From Lama guanicoe (lineage: Eukaryota), in contig MU053083.1 of NCBI GenBank assembly GCA_013239625.1, positions 1 to 64,000 on the forward strand: 64,000 nucleotides of DNA, given 5' to 3'. Positions 53,701 to 64,000 of the stretch are shown piece by piece. Positions within the stretch are counted from its first letter, which is position 1; every line of letters starts with the position of its first letter. The notes beneath the pieces are model-generated. The model saw nothing but the letters and a program-made list of their open reading frames with translations. It was not told the DNA's origin and did no database searches. The position numbers and the translations under genes were made by a program.

Positions 53701-56649
53701 CCTCTGTCAGAGAAGAGCATGGTGACTACTTTTTGTTGAGACTTTGGGTTTGTTTACACTTGGGCACTCCCGAGACACGGAGGTCCCTGTGGGCCAGCCC
53801 CTTTACCCTGCTTGTGGACTGGGGGTGGGCCGGGGCGGTAATCCATGTTTCTTGCCCAGTCTCTTGCTGTTGCCTACAGCCCAGGGTTGAACATGGTACC
53901 TCTTGGTCTTTCAGTCCTGTGGTCAAACTAAATGTCCCTGTGTGTTCACTGAGCATAGAAATACAAATTCTTAATAGGTTGTGAAGCCTGCCCCCCCTTC
54001 CTAGATTTCATGTCCCAACAAATTCCTCTCCCTCTCCATCCCAGAGACCCAGCCACTTCCAAATGTAGTCTCAAAAGCAGGGATCTACAACTAAAACATA
54101 GCTTTTAAAATAAAATACAGATTCTCCAGGCTAAACCTTTGTTGTGTTTTTTCCCAAATGTTAGCCCAGTGGCAATATAGATTAAAATCTGCCTTGAGGA
54201 GAAATTTTCATGTTTTGTTCTTCTGTCCTAATAAGTCCTTTAATATAGCAAATAAATAAAAGGCATAGCTTTTCTGATTGAAGCAAGAGAAAAGGGCTTA
54301 AATTTTAAGATACTCTCCTCATGTGGTTTTGATATATGCTCTTGACCTTAGAAATTAACAGATTTTTTTCACAGAAAAAGCCACTATTAATGGTTTCTAT
54401 AAATCAGACCCCTCAAACATTGTAGTCATGTAGTTGGTAACTTCTACCAGAGACTCAAACATCTTGGAAGTCCATTTAAGTATATGAATTAGAATAATTG
54501 TATTTTGTTGACTTGACGGCCTGAATCACTGTCTTTAAAATATGAACCTGGCTTCAGCCTCCCATTAATTTTTTTCCCTATGGAAATTTCTGGGCGCCAC
54601 TGTGACTGGGTGCTTGGCCCTTTCTCACATGTGCCTTGGCTCCCTGGCACTGGTTTACAAAGCCCCCGTCCTGGACTGCCCTCTCCCGCTCCTCCAGTCC
54701 CTCGGTCCCTGCCCCTCCCCCTGTTCTCAGTTAATATGTGTGAAGCTGGCTCCCTGTGTAAACTAGGGGTTACTGGATATGGTTTGCATTCAGGGGAAAC
54801 TCTGGCTGTGGGGGAGAATGCATTTGTATGAAGGAATGCCTGGAGGTGGGCACTCAAATTTGCCGGTGACTACAGTGATCCGGGAGGGGGAGGGCATAGG
54901 TGGGCCTCAACCTGGGCAGTGGCATTCTGGTTGATTAAGAAAGGGCTGCTGAAACTTAACTACCGATAGAACTTGGTAATTGACTGGGGTAAGAAGTAGG
55001 GTGATGGCCGGATCTGTAATCTAAATCTGGGAAGCCAGCAGGTGAGGGTGGTTTGGGCCATCCTGACTTTGGAGTTCCCAGTGGAACACCCAGAGGAAGG
55101 AGGAAGATGGTGAGCAGATAGTTGGCACCGTGGGTCATGGTGGTGGAAGAAGATCAGGCCTGGAGAGGCAGGATCGAAGGTGATGGTTGAAGCCACGAAT
55201 GACACCGTCCAGGGGATGAGGGTTAGAACAGTTCAGTGGTGAAGATGCAGTTTTGGGAAATGGCAACTCAGAGGAGAGAAATGCAGGGAGATAGTGTGGG
55301 AAAAGAGCACAGTGTGAGAAAAGTGGGCAGAGAGCTGGAGGAATGCGGAGCTGCTGAGTCTCAGGGAAGAGGTCTTCAGAGAGGGCGCCGGGGTCAGCGG
55401 CTCCAGCCCTGGCTCAGCCGTTAACTACCAGCCCCGGCTGAGTCTTTGCCGCTGCCGGGCATGTGGGCCATGATGCGGTTCTGGTGGGTCCCTTCTCCCT
55501 GCACGCTCTTCCCTCACCAGCCACAGCAAGGTGAGCCTTGACCTTTGTTTCTTGCAGATCTAAATTCTGTGATTCTGTTTCCTCTTCAGTTCAGCATACA
55601 ACTTCCTAGTTTGATAATGGAGACAAGATTTTTCATGTATATACCCCCTAATAAAAATAATAAAACTAGATCATAATTGAGTGCTTACTGTATGCCAGGC
55701 ACTCTTCTCCACACTTCCATGGGTTGTCTCCTTTAGTCCTCTCTTCAGCTCTCATCCTCCATCAAGGGGGAAGACCAGGAGGCTGGAGGGCCCAGCACAG
55801 ACCTCAGGTGGGACCCAGTTGCCACAGGCTGAGCCTGGGGGAGGCAGACACGCATGGATGGAGTGATCTGGGAAAGGGTCGTGGAGGATGCAGGTCTGGA
55901 CCTTGAGAGATGGGGCTCTTGGGTTGAGCAGAGAGGAAGAGGGAGTGGGTGTTTCAGATAAGCAAAACAGGGAGCAGAGATGTAGAGATGGGCATAATGA
56001 GTGTGGTGGTCTATGGGACAGCAAAGTGATCAACTTCATTGCTTTAAAACGTATTATCTGAGAGCGGGTGAGTGGGGTCCGATTGTGGAGCTCCTGGAAG
56101 ACAGACTAGCACCTTCAGAATTGGTAGGAGATGGGAGACACGCATCTATTGGGGATTATAGGAAGAGAGGTGCAGGGGATTGGAAGGGGCAGAGCCTGAA
56201 GTCTGAGGCACTGGCATGTGAGCCTGTCTTCTGCTGGGGCTGGAAGTGGCTCAGGGGTAGAGCATGGGGCCTGCTGCTCCCTTTGTTCCCTCCCCACCGG
56301 CAGGCCTGTGGTCATGACCTCACAACACTTGCTTCTGTCCCCAGCATTGACTTCCCCAAGGGATGCTGGCAGGACTGTGTTTTGAGACTGGGACTCACCG
56401 CACCACCAGCACCTCATGCATGGCCTGATTTCACCCGGGGCCACACAGCAGTAACAAGTCCTCCTACTGAGTCTCGTAACAACACCACGTAACAGATACA
56501 TTCTTATTCTCATTTTATTGATGAAGAGAAGGCTCAAGAAAGTTAAATACAAGATCCAGTAATAATAAGTGTGGAAAAATGTAAACAATTTTATTAGACC
56601 ATAGCTACCTTCTACCACACCACAAGAGAAGGAAGTTTTGCCCATCTTT

Positions 56650-56699
56650 TTTCTTTCTTTCTTTTTTTTTTAGTCATAAACATTTAATTTTTTTTTTTT
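56650..56699 (-). mobile_element. 50-nt poly(A)-type retro-insertion with perfect 17-bp TSD
   Basis: aagttttgcccatcttt at 56633-56649 and 56700-56716 flanks a T-rich insert. Confidence 0.8.
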
Positions 56700-56754
56700 A
56701 AGTTTTGCCCATCTTTGTAGGTGAAAGTTAAGTAAGATTGTCTGGGAAAATTAC

Positions 56755-57285
56755 TTTTTTTCTTTCCTTTCTTTAAATTGAGATATAATTCTTATACCAA
56801 AAATTCACCTGTTTAAAGTGGTTTCAATGGTTTTAGTATATTCACCAAGTTGTACAATTATCATCACTCTAAATTCTAGAATATTTTCATTACCCCGGAC
56901 AGAAACTCTGTCCCCAGTAGCAGTGCTTCCACCTTCCTGCTCCCCGAGCCCCTGGCAAACACTAAACTACTTTCTGATCCCTGAACATTTCCTATAAATG
57001 AAGTCACACTATGTGGTCTTCTGTGCCCAGCTTCTTCCACTTGGCATGTTCATGCCAAGGTTCATGCATGTTGTAGCATGAATGAGGACCTCACTCCTTC
57101 ATGTTGCTGAATAATACTCCATTGTGTGTATTCACCACATCCATTCATCAGTTGATGGACATTTGGGTTGTTCCTGCTTTGTGACTATTGTGAATAATGG
57201 TGCTCTGGACTCTGGGGATCAGGTTTCCGTGTGGACGTGTGTTTCCCGTCCTCTCGGGTGTGTACTGGGGAGCTACTCTGGGAAG
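56755..57285 (-). mobile_element. L1MB-like 3' fragment ending about 60 nt upstream of the exon 15 acceptor
   Basis: aattgagatataattc...ttttagtatattcac...ttctagaatattttcattaccc...cagttgatggacatttgggttgttcc...gactattgtgaataatg. Confidence 0.8.
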
Positions 57286-57347
57286 GTTTAAGCAGCCAAA
57301 AGCCCAAGAGCTCTCATGCTGCATATTACTCCTGTGTTTGTTTCTAG

Positions 57348-57488
57348 TTCCCACTGGTGGCCGACTTGTTCCACGAAGACAGAGACTCTGCTCCTGCCAC
57401 CGCCACGTCTTCAAAGGTCAACGTTCGCTCCGCCAGAACCCCCCTGAAGGCCTCCAACAAGGAGCACAAGAAAACTGTGGGCCACCAG
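57348..57488 (+). CDS. MYO5B: MYO5B exon 15 (141 nt): [47 protein letters not shown]; actin-binding loop 2
   Basis: Acceptor gtgtttgtttctag, donor CAG|gtcagc; KKTVG marks the loop 2 C-terminus. The ORF track does not show this frame. Confidence 0.94.
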
Positions 57489-58204
57489 GTCAGCCCTCAG
57501 CCTCAAGGCAGGGGGCTGTGAGCCACGGCTCGTGTGGCGGGGCTGCCGCTCTTGTAGGTGAAGGTGTGGGTGCAGAGTCAGGGAGGCCAGAGTGGACTCG
57601 GCGTCCTCACCCCCGGCACCCAACTCAGTCTTACTGTGCCCTTTGTAGGAGGGAACTGCGGGAAAGAGGAGGCCACTCTAGCCCCACACGTGCATTTAAC
57701 CCCTGTGGTGGGGCTGTGTTACAGGACCAAAGACACCTGTGGGCAAGGCCCGAGGTCTAGAGGTGCAGTTGGGCCAGGACGGGTAAATACCCTGCTGTGG
57801 TGTCTCTCTGGGGTTTTACGTCCAGCGTCTCTCCCACGAGAAGAGAGTGCCTGTTGAGCCCTGGCAACCACTCACCTTTCTGCTTCGGTGGCTTTCCTCC
57901 TCTGGGCATTTCCTGTTGATGCAGTGATGTCCAGGTGCCTGGGCACCGCACGTCAGGGCTGCGGGCCTCACGTTGAGGAGCCATGGGCCCCCAGTCACAG
58001 TGACCATCCCTTCCCACTCTCAGCACTCGCTCACCTTCTCTTGTCTGATCAGGGCGCTGATGCGTCAGAAGCCGTCTCTGCCCACGAGCCTGGAGGAGCC
58101 CTGGTGCCAGAACACGGCAGGGACTTAGTTTTGTCATAAAGTGGGGCAGGCTGTCACAGCCGGTCCCTGAGTGCCTTCCGGTCCTTCTGGATCAACAGTA
58201 ATGA

Positions 58205-58420
<216 letters not shown>

Positions 58421-59260
58421 TGAGTGCCCGGGGGGCCCGGCCGCCAGCCACGCCCACGCTCGTGTGTCCCTGGACGTTCAAGGGGAACAGGGGCCGGGGC
58501 GTCCGTGGGGCACGGGGTCGGCAGTCTTCAGCAGGGAGAGTGGTTGATCTGCTCCCCAGATGGTTTATGTGCAGAATCCAGGCCCCACCTGTCCACCGTC
58601 AGGAGGGTCGGTGAGGGGAGAAGATGCGATTCCCCGATCCCACGTTGCTTACAGTGCTGTTGAACGTGCCCACGAATCACAGAACCACTTAGAAGTGGGC
58701 CGTTAAATGCAGGCGCGAGCGCGTCTCACAGCGAATGATCGGTTCAGAGACAGCGTCGCTGAGTGCTCAGGGAAGGCCTCTTGACTGAGGAAACGTAACC
58801 TCGAGTGGTGTGTCGAGTGACAAGACCTGCAGATGGTCCCGTTTCTCCCATCCTTCTCCCCTTGAGCTTCCAGAGTTGTCCACACTTGCTCACCTTCCCT
58901 CCCACCTCAGCTGACTCTGATGCAAATTCTGCCACTGCTCCCACCTTGAACGTCTTCTATTTCCATCCCCGCTCACATGATTGTCCTCACCCAAATCTCT
59001 GTAACAGTGACTCCTCAAAATCTTTGTTGTCTCTGGTTTGTGTGTCTGGTCTGGCACTTCTGCAGGCCTGCTGTGGCTTCAGCCTCCTCACATTCGACGT
59101 GTCTGAAACCAGACTCATGGCCCCCCTCTCACCCTCTACCCCCCAGAATGGTTCCTCCATATTTGGTCTCCATTGTAGCAAACGGCATAATAATTTCCCA
59201 ACATCTCAACCACCCACCAAACCTGGTCTTCCAAACCAGAACCCTGAGGTCGATCTGGAC

Positions 59261-59446
59261 CAGTGCTGTCCAGTGGTGATGGAACTGTTCTGTGACCTGC
59301 ATTGACCAGCGTGGTAGCCACTAGACAATGTGGCTGCTGAGTTCTTGGAGTGTGGCTTGTGTGACTGAGAAAGTGCATTCTTATTTTCATTTTAATTACT
59401 TTCAAATACCCACAAGTGGCTGGTGGCTACCATACGGGATAGCGTG
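59261..59446 (+). mobile_element. MER3 (hAT-Charlie), nested in a degenerate L2 (about 58830-59700)
   Basis: cagtgctgtcca...gatggaactgttct...gtagccactagacaatgtggct...gtgactgaga...gtggctggtggctacc. Confidence 0.75.
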
Positions 59447-60694
59447 ACCCTGGATTCTTCCTTTCCCCTCACTCCCCAGGGTCTAATCATTGTCACAGTC
59501 CCGTGGAGTCTACTGGAAAATTTCTCACCCTGGTCTCCCTTGTCTCTTCCTTCCACTACCACCTTGTGTTAGACTGTCCTCATTTCTTACCTGGAATGCT
59601 GCCCTGAGCTTTCAGGCTGGTCTCCCACTTGGCTCTGCAGCCCCTTCTGTTGCCCCGAGCCTCTGCACGTGCTGTTCCCTCTGGCTGGAGGAGATATATT
59701 TTTACATTTTTAAACCACTTTCTTGCCATCTTTCTGACTTCCTTTTTGGTCCTGGCAGGATATGTCTCTGTGAAATAATTTATGTTGGCAACTCTGACCC
59801 TCAGAATGAATATCTGAACTGCCTTCTGCAGTTTGTATCAGTTAATAAGGCTTGACTTCCACTCACAGGGGCCTTGTCCTGGGAAAGGTTGGGAAGACAG
59901 TACTGAATCAGCCTTCTTGGAGGCATGGTGATTTTTCACTCTTTTCCCTGCCTCCCCTTCCTCCGAGTTGCTGAGACACACTTAGGAATTCCCCCCATGT
60001 GGCATCTGTTTACCAGCTGCCTCCAGAAGAAAAGAGGCTGTTAGAAAAGCAGCATGTGTGAAAGACGTAGATTCTGTGTGAAGGGCAGGAGCAGCGTGCT
60101 GGGCCCAGGAGAGGGGAGCCTGGCTGGGCACCAGCTCTGCCCCCAGCCGGCGTGACCTTGAGCAGCCTGTGCGTCGCAGCAGCCGGGCGCCCTCCACGTG
60201 CTGGATCCTTTGGCTGAGTCTCTCCTCCCCATTGAGAGAAGACACTGGGGACTTTAAAAGGGACTTTTCTAATCCTAAAGCCCATTTTTCAAAGACCCGC
60301 CTTTACCTACAGGACCAAAAGCTTCCTCCCGATAAAGTGGGGAGAATACAGAACTGTCAGGAAATCTACCAGTTGTTTGACTAATCCCGAGCTGGTCCTT
60401 TACCTCTCGCTTTCCGATAGTTGTGGCTAAAAAAACAATAATTATCCTGATGGAAGAATGCAAGGAGATGGGATTATTTGCGACAAGTGTAAGAATTTGT
60501 GTCATTAAAATACATGATATTGACATTCTAGAAGGAAAGTGCTGTCTCCCTCCGAGTCTTGGAGGGCGGACAGAATGCAGGTAGGCAAAGAAGAAGAGTA
60601 TCCTGGATGAGGATGTGCACAGAACCGAGATACTGCAATGCCTCAGGTGCAGCCTGTCACCATCTTGTATTCTGTGCTTGGCCCCTGACCTTGA

Positions 60695-61009
<315 letters not shown>

Positions 61010-63139
61010 TAAAGGAATTTCAGTTTGGCCTGAGAAGTGTGGGTGTCCCCAGTAACATCCTCCTGATGGTTAACCCTAGACCCTGCTTCAGGCCAAGCCC
61101 CCACACCTGTAGTCTCTGACTCTGCACATCGCCTAACTCTGTACCTGCCAACCGTGGTAACAGCGTGGAGTGACCTCACTGGTTAAAAAAAAAGTACTAC
61201 CTGGCAGCTTCGTCCAGGAGGCTGGTGTGTGTCTGCTGTGTCTGGGGATAAAGTGAGTAAGGGTTAATAGATACTGTGTGCCTGTCAAGGTGTCTGCCAC
61301 TGAAGGAAACACACAAGTGTCACATGAGCTCCCTCAGTGTAGAGCTGAGCAGTCGTTTTGTTTACCTGACTTGGGGAGACCTTAGTGGGACCAGAGGGAC
61401 CTGAGCAGACTTGGGGTCATCACAAAAAGAATTCACCTTCCTTGTCTCCTGAGACTCAACACAGCCACGTGAGTTCACTTGCATTAGCTTGTCCGGTAGC
61501 CACAACTTTGCACAGCTGTCTCCAAAGGAAACTCGAACGGCTTCTTGGATTTAGGGGGATAACAACTTTTATAAAGTGTTTTCCTGTGTTTCCCCTACTT
61601 CAGTGGCCGAGGGGCAGGTATCACTTTACAGGGAAGAAAATGGCAAAGGGAAAGAGAACGCATGGTCCAGGATCGCAGGGACTTGTGATGAAATGTCCAG
61701 GGGGCTCTTCCCCGGGAGCACACGTAGAAAGCATCCCTTTTCAGCTGGGTTTTCAGGCCAAGTTCCTGCATCCATCCACTCCCTGGGTGTGGAACTCTTA
61801 GCCCTGTTGCGAAATTAACTTAGGCCCAATGCCCCCAGATTCCACCAAGCCAGGGAGGACGAATGCAGGCTGGCAGCGACTCTCTGGTGCTTCCTCACCC
61901 CAGCTGCAGACTTCACCCTACCTATTTTTATCCTAAGAATTATGACCCTCTGTGAGTCTGATTTAAAATGAAAATATATCATTCAATTTGAAATGCACTG
62001 CAGTGGCTAAGAAATATGTCCATGATCACATACATAAAGCACTGTGATTAATGCACCATCCAGGAAGGCGGGCTCGTCCACCAGCACCTGGCTCCTGGCT
62101 CCCCCTTATGTGTGTTAGGCCTGTGGAGTCATCTGTGCCCCTCTTCCTTGTGTCCTGGAGGAATCACGAAGCCAATTCCATTTAACCAGAACAAGTGTGT
62201 TGGGGGGATGCTGCTTGAATATGCACTATTTATATTTTAGGGGAAAAATCATCATAAATCTTCACTTCGTCTCTTCTTCACTTCAGTAAAGCTCAGTGGT
62301 ACTTTCTGAAAAATTGCCATTCCTCCCCCAACTTCTATCCACCTGCCCCTTATGGACTGAATAGCAGAGGGTTGAGAACTAGATGGAGGCTTGAGAAATT
62401 GCTTGGTTCTCCTTCCTGTTCAATCATGATTAAACAGACACATGCTTACTTGCCTTGTTATTTAAAAAGGCCCCAGGAAAGACAATCATAGAACTTATTT
62501 TGGAGGGAATAACTGTTTCTCTCAGCTCTAACCGCCTTTAGCTCTGCCCCCACCTCCCACCCCGAGCCCTGCGCTCATTTCCTTGGACCAGAGTCTGACA
62601 CGAGGCTCTTGACCATGCTGTGCGTCGCAGTCATGTGGGAATGTTTCAGAAAGCAGAACCCCCTCCCCACCCCAGACTTGTACATCTGCCTTTGTCAGTG
62701 TTTCCCAGTGATTTTTAAATGCATCCTGCCTTGCAGCTCTTCCCTGGAGGCAAGTGCTGGTCGCTGGTAAACTGGCCCCATGGTCGTATGTGGGCGGTGC
62801 CTGGACTGACTAGATTTTCCGCTGTCCTTACTTCATGTCCCAGCTCCAGCTCAGAGCCAGTGGGGAAGGATTTTATCTCCCTTTCTCCGCAGCAAAGCTT
62901 AGGACCTGCAGACCCAGGGCTACCTCTGAATGTGAGCCTGGGAGGCCCAGGACATAAGGAAGGGATAAAGGGGGAAGGCAGATATGGGGTGTCCATGGTG
63001 GGTGAGCGCCCTGCCACTTCTGCATGGGAACTTACCCATGAGTATCAGTGCGGAAGTAATGATGACAAATCTGACGTTTGTGAATTACTTTGTGAAGACC
63101 ACCCCCCACAAACCTCATGTCATTTGTTCATCACGTTGA

Positions 63140-64000
63140 CTTTTTAAGTTGAGATATGATTCAGGTCCTATAAAATTATCGTTTTAAAGTATGCAATTTG
63201 GTGATGTTCATTATTTTCAGTGGTGCAGCCATCACTGCTATCTAATTCAGAGTATTTTAATTACCCCCCAAAGAAACCCTGTACCCATTAGTAGTCACTA
63301 CGCCTTTCGCCATCCGTCTGGCCCTGGCAAGCACCAGTCTACTTTCTTTATGTAAATTTGCCTATTCTGGATATTTCATATTAATGGAAGCATGTAATAA
63401 GTGGCCTTTGTGTCTGGCTTTTTTCACTTAGGATGATGTTTTCAGGGTTCATCCATGTTGGTAGCAGATATTTATCAGAACTTTATTCCTTTATGTTGCT
63501 GAACACTATTTTACTGTAAGGATATACTGCATTTTATTTTATCCACTCATCAGCTGATGGACATTTGGGTTATTCCCACTTCCTAACAAGTATGAACAAT
63601 GCTTCTATGAATACTCGTGCACATGTTTTTGTGTGCACATGTATTTTTGTTTCTCTTGGCTGTTTACCTAGGAGTGGGGTTGCTGGGTTATATGGTAGCT
63701 CTTTACTCTTGAGAAGCTGCCACTGTTTTTCACCACGGCTACACCATTTTTCATTCTTGGCAGCAATGGATGGGGCTTCCCATTTACATACATTCTTACC
63801 AGCACTTGTTGTCTTTTTTTGTAGCCATCCTGGTGGATGTCAGATGCCATCCCATTGTGATTTTGATTTTCAGTTCCCTGATGGTTAATGAAGTTGAGCA
63901 TCTTTCCATGTGTTTATTGGCCATTCATATATCTTGTTTGGAGAAATGTGTATTCAGATCATTTGCCCATTTTTTAATTGGGTTATTTGTCTTTTTGGTT
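63140..64000 (-). mobile_element. L1MB-like 3' fragment running off the window end
   Basis: aagttgagatatgattca...ccccaaagaaaccctgtacccattagtagtcac...atttgcctattctggatatttcata...gtttggagaaatgtgtattcagatcatttgcccattttt. Confidence 0.85.

Noticed and set aside
57040..57059. Perfect inverted repeat cttggcatg-tt-catgccaag
   Set aside because: Only 9-bp arms inside a decayed L1; plausible by chance or a small template switch, with no functional sign
57197..57760. 187-aa plus-strand ORF spanning exon 15
   Set aside because: It starts inside an antisense L1 and reads exon 15 out of frame; the true myosin frame is different

Overview
Mammalian genomic DNA lying entirely inside one large + strand gene, MYO5B (unconventional myosin Vb). 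Thirteen consecutive coding exons (human-numbered exons 5-17, 1623 nt spliced, all GT-AG, phases compatible, no stops) encode most of the motor domain: P-loop GESGAGKT, switch [10 protein letters not shown], switch II DIYGFE, relay helix, loop 2, and the SH2/SH1 region ending in GYPSR. The introns hold ordinary eutherian repeats (L1, L2, MIR, MER3/MER5A/MER20/MER58A, Tigger derivatives, an ERVL-type LTR). A tRNA-Ala-derived SINE resembling Vic-1 points to a camelid host. I found no prokaryote-type system, CRISPR array or convincing second gene; the short ORFs in the track are intron noise or alternative frames of MYO5B exons. The best leads are a 4-residue shortening of actin-binding loop 2 relative to human, a candidate in-frame 21-nt microexon in intron 7, a (GGGGC)4 G-quadruplex just after exon 14, a sharp exon-to-exon GC3 mosaic, a 50-nt retro-insertion with a perfect 17-bp TSD, and several motif-dense intronic enhancer candidates. 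Repeat family names and human comparisons come from my recollection of consensus and reference sequences and need confirming with Dfam/RepeatMasker and BLAST.
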